DNA of 64,000 bases, from assembly GCA_030390025.1 (NCBI GenBank), contig JASTWF010000093.1, positions 310,001 to 374,000 of the forward strand. The letters are read 5' to 3'. The stretch is from Squalus acanthias (Eukaryota). Position 1 is the stretch's first letter, and the number at the start of each line of letters is the position of its first letter. Below are positions 12,347-23,450 of the stretch, piece by piece. The translations under genes and the position numbers were made by a program. The notes beneath the pieces were generated by a model, which made no database searches, was not told the DNA's origin, and saw nothing but the letters and a program-made list of their open reading frames with translations.

Positions 12347-14585
12347 TTGGGGTGGGCGCGGCTGCAGTTCCAAGAACCGAGGCTTGGGGGTGGGCGCGGC
12401 TGCGGTTCCACGAACCGGGGCTTGGGGGTGGGCGCGGCTGCAGTTCCACGAACCGGGGCTTGGGGGTGGGCGCGGCTGCAGTTCCACGAACCGGGGCTTG
12501 GGGGTGGGTGCCGCTGCAGTTCCACGAACCGGGGCTTGGGGGTGGGCGCGGCTGCGGTTCCACGAACCGGGGCCTGGGGGTGGGCGCGGCTGCGGTTCCA
12601 CGAACCGGGGCCTGGGGGGCGGGCGGGTCCGCGGTGCCACGCCCCTGGGCGCGGGGGCGGGCGGGTCCGCGGTGCTATGCCCCGGGGCTTGGGGGCGGGC
12701 GGGTCCGCGGTGCCATGCCACGGGGCGCGGGCGCAGCCGCGGTACCATGCCGCGGGGCGCGGGCGCATCCGCGGTGCCATGCCCCGGGGCGCGGGGCGGA
12801 CGCGGTGCCATGCCCCGGGGCGCGCACGTCCGCGGTGCCATGCCCCGGGGCGCGGGGGCGGGCGCGTCTGCGGTGCCATGCCCCGGGGCGCGGGGGCGGG
12901 CGCGGTGCCATGCCCCGGGGCACGGGGCGGGTGCGTCCGCGGTGCCATGCCCCGGGGCGCGGGGGCGGCTGCTGTGCCATGCTCCGGGGCGCGGGAGCGG
13001 GCGTGGTGCCATGCCCCGGGGCGCGGGAGCGGGCGCGGCCGCGGTGCCATGCCGAGGGGGCGGGCGCGGCCGCAGTGCCATGCCGCGGGGCGCGGGGACG
13101 GCCGCGGTGCCATGCCCCGGGGCGCGGGGGCGGGCGCGTCCACGGTGCCATGCCCCGGGGCGTGGGGCGGGCGCGGTGCCATGCCCCGGGGCACGCACGT
13201 CCGCGGTGCCATGCCCCGGGGCGCACGCGGTGCCATGCCCCGGGGCGCGGGGGCGGGCGGGTCCGCGGTGCCATGTCCTGGGGCGCGGGGGCGGGCGCGT
13301 CCGCGGTGCCATGCCCCGGGGCGCGGGCGCGGGGGCGGGCGCGGTGCCATGCCCCGGGGCACGGGGGCGGGTGCGTCCGCGGTGCCATGCCCTGGGGCGC
13401 GGGGGCGGCTGCTGTGCCATGCTCCAGGGCGCGGGAGCGGGCGTGGTGCCATGCCCCGGGGCGTGGGAGCGGGCGCGGCCGCGGTGCCATGCCGAGGGGG
13501 CGGGCGCGGCCGCAGTGCCATGCCGCGGGGCGCGGGGGCGGCCGCGGTGCCATGCCCCGGAGCGCGGGGGCGGGCGCGGCCGCAGTGCCATGCCCCGGGG
13601 TGCGGGAGTGGGCGTGGCCGCGGTGCCATGCCCCGGGGGCGGGCGCGGCCGCAGTGCCATGCCGCGGGGCACGGGGACGGCCGCGGTGCCATGCACCGGG
13701 GCGCGGGGGCGGGCGCGGCCACAGTGCCATGCCCCGGGGCGCGGGGGCGGGCACGGCCGCAGTGCCATGCCCTGGGGCGCGGGGGCAGGTGCGGCCGCAG
13801 TGCCATGCCCCGTGGCGCGGGGGCGGTGCCATGTCCCGGGGCGCGGGGGCGGGCGCGGCCGTAGTGCCATGCCCCGGGGTGGGCTCGGCCGCAGTGCCAT
13901 GCCCAGGGGCGCGGGTGCGGTGCCATGCCCCGTGGCGGGCGCGGCCGCAGTGCCATGCCCCGGGGCACGCGGGCGGGCGCGGCCACAGTGCCATGCCCCG
14001 GGGCGCGGGGGCTGTGCCATGCCCCGGGGCGCGGGAGCGGGCGCGGCCGCAGTGCCATGCCCCGGGTGCGCAAGTGCCATGCCGCGGGGGCGGGCGCGGC
14101 CGCAGTGCCATGCCCCGCGGGCGGGCGTGGCCGCAGTGCCATGCCCCGGGAGCGGGCGCAGCCGCAGTGCCATGCCCCGGGTGCGCAAGTGCCATGCCCC
14201 GGGGGTGGGCGCGGCCGCAGTGCCATGCCCCGGGGGAGGGCGAGGCCGCAGTGCCATGCCCCGGGGGCGGGCGCGGCCGCAGTGCCATGCCCCGGGGGCG
14301 GGAACGGCCGCAGTACCATGCGCCGGGGCCGGGCGCGGCCGCAGTGCCATGCCCCGAGGCGCGGGGGCGAGCGCGGCCGCAGTGCCATGCCCCGGGTCGC
14401 GGGCGCGGCCGCAGTGCCATGCCATGGGGCGCGGGCGCGGGTGCGGCCGCAGTGCCATGCCCTGGGGCACGGTGGTGGCGGCTGCAGTGCCATGCCCCCG
14501 GGCGCGGCCACAGTGCCATGCCCCCGGGCGCGGGGGCGGCCGCAGTGCCATGCCCCGGGGCTCGGCCGCAGTTCCATGAACCATG
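12347..14585. repeat. Extremely GC-rich compound minisatellite: 38-bp unit grading into variable GCGGTGCCATGCCCCGGGGCGCGG units
   Basis: Visible tandem array; TTCCACGAACC recurs every 38 bp from 12406; afterwards the core GTGCCATGCC repeats dozens of times. Confidence 0.95.
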
Positions 14586-14740
14586 GCACACGCACACACA
14601 CCACCCCCCCCCCACCCCGGGAGAAGGCCCGAAGACATTCACAGTGCAAGTGTTAAACTGAAGGAGGACAGGGTGCTAAAATAACTCAACCAATTCTTGG
14701 AGACAATGACAAAAGAACAAAATGGCATTAAAAACAAAGC

Positions 14741-14746
14741 TTTATT
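14741..14746 (-). terminator. Candidate polyadenylation signal (AATAAA) of the B7-like gene
   Basis: TTTATT on the plus strand, about 270 nt downstream of the stop codon at 15016. Confidence 0.55.
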
Positions 14747-15015
14747 ACATTAACCTGTCCTGATCCAGCAGAAGATGGACAAAAAAAACACTATTGTATT
14801 AAATAAAGAGTTTGGAAGTTACAAATGAGGAAAGGGACCAATCAGATGGCACTTCTTATTCTGCGTCTTGATATTTAGTAGTGAGGGTTAAGGAGACATG
14901 TCCACATTTGCACAAGGCTGCGAATAGCAGAAACCCACTATGTTGCGACTGTAAATATCGGTTTTCATGGCTGAAGGGGCAGCGTCCAATCACATGCATT
15001 TTCTTGAATGATCCA

Positions 15016-15173
15016 TCACGTAATGCCGTGTTCATTTTGTTTCTCTCCATTTGCCAGTGAAACACGTTTCTTGCACACGGCTATGACTAGAATTACAATT
15101 ATAAATTCAATAGCAAGGACAGTGACTGCAAGCATCCAGCGATTTCTTGTAAGAACGTGATCAGTTTTCATTT
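15016..15173 (-). CDS. B7/CD276-like gene, coding exon 4: TM helix, short cytoplasmic tail and stop
   Basis: Polypyrimidine tract plus CACAG acceptor; phase-1 translation EMKTDHVLTRNRWMLAVTVLAIEFIIVILVIAVCKKRVSLANGEKQNEHGIT*; phase matches the upstream IgC exon. Confidence 0.8.
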
Positions 15174-15543
15174 CTGTGGGAAAAAAAAGGAAGAAAACTA
15201 TTGATCATTACGGCAGTGGTTTCAGTGCTGGTTTGGTCTTCTATGCTAAATCAGCTAAAAAAAGCCCACACATTTACACAGCGCCTTTCACAACCCCAAA
15301 GCGCTTTACAGCCAATGAAGTACTTCAAGTGGTCACTGTTGTAATGCAGGAAACGCAGCAGTCAATTTGCACACAGCAAGCTCCCACAAACAGTAATTAG
15401 ATAATGACCAGATAATCTGTTTTTTAAAAGTGATGTTGGTTGAAGGATAATAATAGTCAGGACACCAGGGAGAACTCCCCTGCTCTTCATAATAGTGAGA
15501 GGTCGCACAACACCAGGTTATAGTCCAACAGTTTTATTTGAAA

Positions 15544-15581
15544 TCACAAGCTTTCGGAACTATCGCTCCTTCCTCAGGTGA
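15544..15581 (-). ncRNA. Minimal hammerhead ribozyme (3' pseudo-LTR copy)
   Basis: ucac-CUGAGGA-A-GGAGC(gaua)GUUCC-GAAA-GCUU-guga. Confidence 0.78.
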
Positions 15582-15915
15582 AGTAAATTGGATACAGAAT
15601 CGTCAGAGCATATATAGATGGAAAAAAAAGCATGTGTACTTTACAATTGCAGACCAATAAATTAAATCATCCTGACTATCTGCCGAGGTGTGATAAAGTT
15701 AATTAAGTCAGCCAGGAAGGTACCACATCAAAAGACATAGCAAGATACAACTGAGACAATGAGGTGAAGTCGCAGGGGTTCTAACGTGTCAAAAGCTGCC
15801 GTATGTATGTAAAACGAAAAGCTTTAAAAAAAAATTTACTTTTTTACTGGGAAAATTTTTACTTTTTTACTGGGAATCACATCTGTGAACAAGCTAACGA
15901 CGACTCGAGTCCGGA

Positions 15916-18594
15916 TCACGTCATGTATCGTGACATAAACCCAAGATCCCGATTGAGACCGTCTTCATGAGTGCAGAACTTGGCTATCAGTTTCTGCTCG
16001 ATGATTTTGCGTTGTCGTGTGTTTCTAAGGTTGCCTTGGAGAACGCTTACCCGCAGATCCGAGGCTGAATGTCCTTGACTGCTGAAGTGTTCCCCGACTG
16101 GGAGGGAACAATCCTGCCTGGCGATTGTTGCGCGGTGCTCGTTCATACGTTGTCTCAGTGTCTGCATGGTCTCGCCGATGTACCATGCCGCGGTGCATTC
16201 TTTCCTGCAACGTATGAGGTAGACAACGTTGGCCGAGTCACATGAGTATGTACCATGTACCTGGTGGGTAGTGTCCTCACGTGTGATGGTGGTATCTGTG
16301 TTGATGATCTGGCATGTCTTGCAGAGTTTGCCATGGCAGGGTTGTGTGGTGTCGTGGTCGCTGTTATCCTGAAAGCTGGGTAATTTGCTGCGAACGATGG
16401 TACTTCTGAGGTTAGGCGGCTGTTTGAAGGCAAGTAGTGGAGGCGTGGGGATGGCCTTAGCGAGGTGTTTGTCGTCATCGATGACATGTTGAAGGCTGCG
16501 AAGAACATGTCGTAGTTTCTCCGCTCCGGGGAAGTACTGGACGACGTAGGGTACCCTGTTGGTTGTGTCCCGTGTTTGCCTTCTGAGGAGGTCTATGCGA
16601 TTTTTCGCTGTGGCCCGTCGGAACTGTCGATCGATGAGTCGAGCGTCATATCCCGTTCTTACGAGGGCGTTTTTCAGCGTCCGTAGGTGTCCATCGCGTT
16701 CCTCCTCGTCTGAGCAGATCCTGTGTATTCGCAGGGCTTGTCCATAGGGGATGGCTTCTTTAACATGGTTAGGGTGGAAGCTGGAGAAGTGGAGCATCGT
16801 GAGGTTGTCCGTGGGCTTGCGGTAGAGTGAAGTGCTGAGGTGTCCGTCTTTGATGGAGATTCGTGTGTCCAGGAATGAGACCGATTCTGAGGAGTAGTCC
16901 ATGGTGAGTTTGATGGTGGGATGGAACTTGTTTATGTTATCGTGTAGTCTTTTCAGTGATCCTTCGCCATGGGTCCAAAGGAAGAAAATGTCGTCGATGT
17001 ATCTGGTGTACAGCGTTGGCTGGAGGTCCTGTGCAGCGAAGAAGTCTTGCTCGAACTTGTGCATGAAGATGTTGGCGTATTGGGGTGCGAATTTGGTCCC
17101 CATGGCTGTTCCGTGTGTTTGGGTAAAAAAATGGTTGTCGAAGGTGAAGACATTGTGGTCAAGGATGAAGCGGATGAGTTGTAGGATGGCGTCTGGAGAT
17201 TGGCTGTTGTTGATGTTGAGTACTGAGGCTGTTGCAGCGATGCCGTCATCGTGGGGGATACTGGTGTAGAGTGCCGATACGTCCATCGTGGCAAGGAGTG
17301 TTCCTGGTTCAACTGGTCCGTGGGTGCTGAGTTTCTGTAAGAAGTCTGTAGTGTCGCGACAGAAGCTGGGGGTTCCCTGTACGATGGGTTTCAGAATGCC
17401 CTCGACGTATCCAGAGAGGTTCTCACACAGGGTTCCATTGCCTGATACGATAGGACGTCCGGGTGTGTTGGCTTTGTGTATCTTTGGGAGGCAGTAGAAG
17501 TCTCCCACGCGGGGAGTACGTGGGATGAGAGCGCGTAGGATGTTTTGAAGGTCTGGATCGAAGGTCTTGATCAGTCTATTGAGTTGGCGGGTGTGTTCTT
17601 TGGTCGGATCTGCGGGTAGCTGTCTGTAGTGTTCCTGGTTGTCCAGTTGTCGGTATGCTTCTTTACAATAGTCCGTTCTGTTCTGTATGACGATGGCTCC
17701 TCCTTTGTCCGCTGGTTTGATGACAATGTTGCGGTTGGTCTTGAGAGCGTGGATGGCGTTGCGTTGTGCTCGGGTGACATTCTGGACTGTCTTGTGAGTG
17801 CGGCTGATGAATCTGGCGTTGATGCATTTCCTGACAGCTTGAGCATACATGTCAAGCTTGGGGCAGCGACCCTCCGGAGGGGTCCAGTTTGACTCTTTTT
17901 TCTTCGGTTGCTGCACTGCGAGTCCCTCTGTCTGCTGTTCTGGATCATTGATTGTCTCATTGGGTTTGTTGCTGACATCTTGGGATTTGTGGAAGTATTC
18001 CCGGAGCCTCATTCTCCTGATGAATTCCTCCGTGTCTGCCGCGAGACCGATGGGGTCCATTTTGGTGGTTGGGCAGAACTTGAGCCCTAGGGCGAGAACT
18101 TCGATTTCGTCTGGTTGAAGGGTATGGTCGGACAAGTTGACGATGGACTTCCCTGTGGTTGCAGCCGTGGTACCGGGGGAGGCTTGGTTGCTGCTGGTGG
18201 TGATGCCGAGTTTCTCAAGCTTCCTGTTCTTGATGCGCATGTAGGCAGCGTAGTTCCGTTGCCTCGTCTGTTTGGTGGTGTCTCGTAACTGGTCTGCTGT
18301 GTCCTGAGCACAGGCTGAGAGCATGGACTCTATCTTGGTTTCGAGGTTGTGGCGTTTGCTGTAGAGCTGGTGTACGAGATGGTTGAGGAGTGTGCGAGAG
18401 GTATGACGGCAGAGTCTCTCAGCGTAGTCTGTGTTGTATGTCGACTTGAGTGGGTTCGTGATCTGTAGTCCTTTCGGGATCTTGTCTGCTTTCTTGCATC
18501 TCTGTAGATACTTGATGTCGGTGTCGATATGCGCGATCTTCTTGGCGATTCTCTCCACTTTGAGCCGGCAGTTTGTGGTGTCGATAGTGGTCAT
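15916..18594 (-). CDS. Penelope-like RT plus GIY-YIG endonuclease, intact ORF (892 aa from the first ATG; frame open to 18666)
   Basis: PADKGG, LPKIHK..PGRPIVS, MDVSALYTSIP, GTAMG and RYIDD; GIY-YIG motif NVVYLIRC..WYIGET; ends GLNRDLG. Confidence 0.93.
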   Translation of the reverse strand: MTTIDTTNCRLKVERIAKKIAHIDTDIKYLQRCKKADKIPKGLQITNPLKSTYNTDYAERLCRHTSRTLLNHLVHQLYSKRHNLETKIESMLSACAQDTADQLRDTTKQTRQRNYAAYMRIKNRKLEKLGITTSSNQASPGTTAATTGKSIVNLSDHTLQPDEIEVLALGLKFCPTTKMDPIGLAADTEEFIRRMRLREYFHKSQDVSNKPNETINDPEQQTEGLAVQQPKKKESNWTPPEGRCPKLDMYAQAVRKCINARFISRTHKTVQNVTRAQRNAIHALKTNRNIVIKPADKGGAIVIQNRTDYCKEAYRQLDNQEHYRQLPADPTKEHTRQLNRLIKTFDPDLQNILRALIPRTPRVGDFYCLPKIHKANTPGRPIVSGNGTLCENLSGYVEGILKPIVQGTPSFCRDTTDFLQKLSTHGPVEPGTLLATMDVSALYTSIPHDDGIAATASVLNINNSQSPDAILQLIRFILDHNVFTFDNHFFTQTHGTAMGTKFAPQYANIFMHKFEQDFFAAQDLQPTLYTRYIDDIFFLWTHGEGSLKRLHDNINKFHPTIKLTMDYSSESVSFLDTRISIKDGHLSTSLYRKPTDNLTMLHFSSFHPNHVKEAIPYGQALRIHRICSDEEERDGHLRTLKNALVRTGYDARLIDRQFRRATAKNRIDLLRRQTRDTTNRVPYVVQYFPGAEKLRHVLRSLQHVIDDDKHLAKAIPTPPLLAFKQPPNLRSTIVRSKLPSFQDNSDHDTTQPCHGKLCKTCQIINTDTTITREDTTHQVHGTYSCDSANVVYLIRCRKECTAAWYIGETMQTLRQRMNEHRATIARQDCSLPVGEHFSSQGHSASDLRVSVLQGNLRNTRQRKIIEQKLIAKFCTHEDGLNRDLGFMSRYMT

Positions 18595-18681
18595 GATGCG
18601 GAGATGCCGGTGTTGGACTGGGGTGGACAAAATTGAGAGGTCGCACAACACCAGGTTATAGTCCAACAGTTTTATTTGAAA

Positions 18682-18719
18682 TCACAAGCTTTCGGAACTA
18701 TCGCTCCTTCCTCAGGTGA
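18682..18719 (-). ncRNA. Minimal hammerhead ribozyme (5' pseudo-LTR copy)
   Basis: Identical to 15544-15581; lies about 90 nt upstream of the ORF ATG. Confidence 0.78.
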
Positions 18720-19595
18720 AGTAAATTGGATACAGAATCGTCAGAGCATATATAGATGGAAAAAAAAGCATGTGTACTTTACAATTGCAGACCAATAAAT
18801 TAAATCATCCTGACTATCTGCCGAGGTGTGATAAAGTTAATTAAGTCAGCCAGGAAGGTACCACATCAAAAGACATAGCAAGATACAACTGAGACAATGA
18901 GGTGAAGTCGCAGGGGTTCTAACGTGTCAAAAGCTGCCGTATGTATGTAAAACGAAAAGCTTTAAAAAAAAATTTACTTTTTTACTGGGAAAATTTTTAC
19001 TTTTTTACTGGGAATCACATCTGTGAACAAGCTAACGACGACTCGAGTCCGGATCACGTCATGTATCGTGACATAAACCCAAGATCCCGATTGAGACCGT
19101 CTTCATGAGTGCAGAACTTGGCTATCAGTTTCTGCTCGATGATTTTGCGTTGTCGTGTGTTTCTAAGGTTGCCTTGGAGAACGCTTACCCGCAGATCCGA
19201 GGCTGAATGTCCTTGACTGCTGAAGTGTTCCCCGACTGGGAGGGAACAATCCTGCCTGGCGATTGTTGCGCGGTGCTCGTTCATACGTTGTCTCAGTGTC
19301 TGCATGGTCTCGCCGATGTACCTTCATAATAGTGCCATGGGATCTTTTACATCCACCTGAGAGCAGACAGGGCCTCTGTTTAACATCTCATCTGAAAGGC
19401 GGCACCTCCGACAGTGCAGCACTCCCTCAGTATTGTGCTGGAGTGTCAGCCTAGATTTTTGTGCTCAAGTCTCTGGAGTTGGGCTTGAACCCACGACCTT
19501 CTACCACTGATGCATGGCTGACACCTAAAGAGAGATATTAGGCAGGGTGACTAAAAGCTTGGTCAAAGAGGTGGATTTTAAGGAAAGTTTTAAAA

Positions 19596-19636
<41 letters not shown>

Positions 19637-20390
19637 TTAGGGAGGGAATTCTGGAGCGCAAGCTATAGATGGCTGCCAGTGGCAGTAGGGAATTCACAAG
19701 ATGCCAGAGTTTGAACAATTCAGGGGTCTCAGAGGGTTGTAGGGCTAGAGAAGTGTACAGAGATAAGGAGGGACGAGGCCACAAAGGGACTTAACCACAA
19801 GGATAAGAATTTTTAATTTGAGGCGTTGGTAACCAGGTGCTAATGTAGGCCAGCGAGCACAGGGGGAGGGTTAGCAGATCGTAGTGCAGGATAGGAGAAG
19901 GGCAGCAGAGATTTGGATGAGCGGAAGTTTACATAGCGTGGAGGGTACAATACAGCATAGAGAGAACTTCTTATATCCTCTCCAAGGAGCGAAGGAGACA
20001 TTAAGGAGAGTCTTCCCAAATATGGGAGCAGAATCCAAGTCACAAAAGGACTCGAGCTATAGAGAGTTAAAGATATTTGGTAAGAAGTGTTTGGCACAAA
20101 CGAGGAAACAGCTTTTGAGCAGCCGAGCAATGCAGCAGCTCCATTTGTGGTCTTGGGAGATAGTGAGGCCAAGAACATTGATAAGTCAAGAGAAGTGTAG
20201 GCCCATGAAAGTTAAAAAGGTGCAGCGGTTTATACTTGTGGAACCAGAAAGAAACTGGAACAGAAGTTTCTGAAGAACTGAAAGAAGATTTCCTTTACTT
20301 CAAATGGCATGGAGATCAAGATGTCGTGATTCAGCATTGTATCGCAAGACAACTGGAGGTTATGAGTACTGAGTGTAGGACACAACTTAC

Positions 20391-20675
20391 CTACAGAAAG
20401 ACCAAATGTTCGAGAAACTGATTGGTGTAGAACATCATTTCTTAATCTGAATGTGTAGTTAGAACTCCTATTGGTGTCATTGATTTGCAGAATACTCTGC
20501 AGGGAGTATAGACCATCTCCACTTTGTTGGTACGAAGTCTCAGACAGTGAAGAAATATCCTCATTTTCTTCATTGTACCAGGAAACAGTAGCCTCAGGGT
20601 AACCTTGGGACTCGAATCTGAACACTGTCCCGGATGGTGTTAACTGAATAAAAAAGTCAGGTTCCTTGTAGTATG
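20391..20675 (-). CDS. B7/CD276-like gene, coding exon 3: IgC-like domain lacking both canonical cysteines
   Basis: CTACAG acceptor and GTAAGT donor, 285 nt, phase 1-1; AYYKEP..TVFRFESQGYPEATVSW..DGLYSLQSIL..NYTFRLRNDVLHQ resembles the B7-H3 IgC (GYPEAEVFW, GLFDVHSIL, YSCLVRNPVLQQ). Confidence 0.88.
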
Positions 20676-21255
20676 CTGTAGATTAAAAAAAGGGTCATTA
20701 GAAACAAGAAATAAACTTGATAAAAATAATGCCAACTAGGAATTTTGTTCCAGTTAATAACTAATTGAAAATTGCAATAAAAGCTTTAAATGATCAAAAA
20801 CAACAAATCCAAGTACAAACAGAATAGTAGATATTGCTGTTTGTGATCAATTTGGAGATATTCAAATCATTGTACCAAGTGATCAAATTGAAGGTGAAAA
20901 TCCCACAATATCCTGCTGGCAGCTGTTCAGCCAAAATCATACGTAACCCTTCATGGTAAATATCAGTGGGCTTTTCACCTGCGAGGCCATCACAGTTCAG
21001 CCCGATCCTGGAGCCGTCCACAGGCAGGGCTTGCTGAATAGCAAACGGGATTGCCAACCCTAACCGAGGTGTGTCGATTGCACCAATAGCACTGTCCCAG
21101 CGGAGAGGAGGTAAACCAGCACAATCTGGGTATCAAACCTGGTCTGTATGACTCAATGGTGAGACTCACTGAGCCATCAGGGGAGGCCAAGAAGCATGAC
21201 TTTAATTTTTCAGAACTGACTGAGAACAAAAATGAAAACTGAAAGAAGCATGTAC

Positions 21256-21606
21256 CTGCAAATATTAGAGACACAATGCCCTGGCCATTTCCTTTTCCGT
21301 TCCTGACAAAGCACAGGTACTGTCCAGCATCCTCTGGTCTCACTCTGTCCAGCTTCACTGAAACGTTCCCTTGTTTTAACTCCTCTGGGAATAAGCTTGC
21401 CCTCCCCGAATACCGAGGGCTTTGACGACTCAGTTGCTCTTTTCCAGAATAATAATAAACAACTTCCTCCGTCTCGACACGGTGCCAACTGATGAACAGC
21501 ATATCCAGTGACGATTCACCCTGAGCTGTAAAGCTGCAACTCAGCACCGTGTACTGGCCGTAGATAGCAGTCACTGGTGCTTCTGGGGTGTGGACTTGAA
21601 ACTGAG
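21256..21606 (-). CDS. B7/CD276-like gene, coding exon 2: IgV domain
   Basis: TTCACAG acceptor and GT donor, 351 nt, phase 1-1; VTAIYGQYTVLSCSF..ISWHR..YSGRASLFPEELKQGNVSVKLDRVRPEDAGQYLCFV is a B7/butyrophilin-type V-set domain. Confidence 0.92.
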
Positions 21607-21899
21607 CTGTGAATTAAAACAAATAGATTAGTAACAGCATTGTTCCAAGAGATTTAATCTTAACTCTTCAGAACATTTTATTTTAAATGGATGATTAATA
21701 CGAGATTTAATCTTGAACACAGGAAAGCACTAAGAAGTAATTATCCCCACAGCTGTATTTTCTCTTCTCCAGAAGGGTTGATATTTCCTGGGTTGATATT
21801 TTCTGTGATCTATTGAAATAGAAAAAGTTTTGTTCCCTCACCTCACAAAATGGACATCAAAAAAAGCAACTGCAGCAACATGATCAGTAAACACCACAA

Positions 21900-23450
21900 A
21901 ATAATGGGACTAAAAGACGACAGGTCCCCTGGACCAGATGGCCTGCATCCCAGGGTCTTAAAAGAAGTGGCTGCAGAGATAGTGGATGCATTGGTTGCAA
22001 TCTACCAAAATTCCCTGGACTCTGGAGAGGTCCCAGCGGATTGGAAAACCACAAATGTAACACCCCTATTTAAGAAAGGAGGGAGACAGAAAGCAGGAAA
22101 CTATAGACCAGTTAGCCTAACATCTGTCGTTGGGAAAATGCTGGCGTCCTTCATTAAGGAAGCATTAGCAGGGCATTTGGAAAATCAATGCAGTCAAGCA
22201 GAGTCAGCATGGTTTTATGAAAGGGAAATCATTTTTAACAAATTTGCTGGAGTTCTTTGAGGATGTAACGAGCAGGGTGGATAAGGGTGAGCCAGTGGAT
22301 GTGGTGTATTTGGATTTCCAGAAGGCATTCAATAAGGTGCCACATAAAAGGTTACTGCATAAGATAATAGCGCACAGAGTTGGGGGTAATATATTAGCAT
22401 GGATAGAGAATTAGTTAACTAACAGAAAACAGAGAGTCGGGATAAATGGGTCATTTTCCAGTTGGCAAACGCTAACTAGTGGGGTGCCACAGGGATCGGT
22501 GCTGGGGCCTCAACTATTTACAATCTACATTAATGACTTGGATGAAGGGACCGAGTGTACTGTAGCTAAGTTTGCAGAAGATACAAAGATGGGTGGGAAA
22601 GTAAGTTGTGCAAAGGGATATAGACAGGCTAAGTGAGTGGGCAAACATTTGGCAGATGGAGTATAATGTGGGAAAGTGCAAGGTTATCCACTTTGGCAGG
22701 AAAAATAAAAAAGCTAGTTATTTTTTTAAATGGAGATTACAAAATGCTTCAGTTTAGAGGGACCTGGGGGTCCTTGTGCATGAAACACAAAAAGTTAGCA
22801 TGCAGGTGCAGCAAGTAATCAAAAAGGCAAATGGAATGTTGGCCTTTATTGCAAGGGGGTTGGAGTATAAAAGCAGAGAAGTCCTGCTACAACTGTACAG
22901 GGTATTGGTGAGACCACACCTTGAGTACTGCATACAGTTTTGGTCTCCTTATTTAAGGAAGGCTATACTTGCATTGGAGGCAGTTCAGAGACGATTCACA
23001 CAGTTGATTCCAGAGATGAGGGGATTGACTTATGAATAAAGGTTGAGCCTATACTCATTGGAATTTAGATGAATGAGAGGTGATCTTATTGAAACATACA
23101 AGATACTGAGGGGGCTCGACAAGGTAGATGCAGAGAGGATGTTTCCCCTCGTGGGGAAATCTAGAACTCAGGGGCACAGTTTCAGAATAAAGGGTCGCCC
23201 TTTTAGAACCGAGATGAGGAGGAATTTCTTCTCTGAGGGTCGTAAATCTGTGGAATTCTCTGCCCCAGAGAGCCTCGGAGGCTGGGTCATTAAACACATT
23301 TAAGGTGGAGATAGACAGATTTTTACAAGATAAGGGAGTGAAGGGTTATGGGGATCGGGCGGGGAAGTGGCTTTGAGCCCAAGATCAGCCATGATCTTAT
23401 TGAATGGCAGAGCAGGCTCGAATGGCCAAGTGGCCTATTCCTGCTCCTAC
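21900..23450 (+). mobile_element. CR1-like LINE, 5'-truncated and frameshifted
   Basis: SPGPDGLHPRVLKE, NYRPVSLTS, YLDFQKAF and LVRPHLEYC; 3' tail GAGCAGGCTCGA..CCTGCTCCT. Confidence 0.9.

Larger units (their letters stand above)
15498..19321 (-). mobile_element. Full-length Penelope-like element in partial-tandem (pseudo-LTR) form, inserted into a Deu-SINE
   Basis: 13-bp TSD CTTCATAATAGTG at 15485-15497 and 19322-19334; about 690-bp direct repeats (15498-16184 and 18636-19321); SINE halves rejoin on either side. Confidence 0.93.

Noticed and set aside
12114-14661. 500-820-aa ORFs in all six frames
   Set aside because: Artefact of a GC-rich tandem repeat that lacks stop codons; the translations are repetitive with no domain.
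20990-21255. ORF extension beyond the IgV exon
   Set aside because: Read-through into the intron past the GT donor at 21255.
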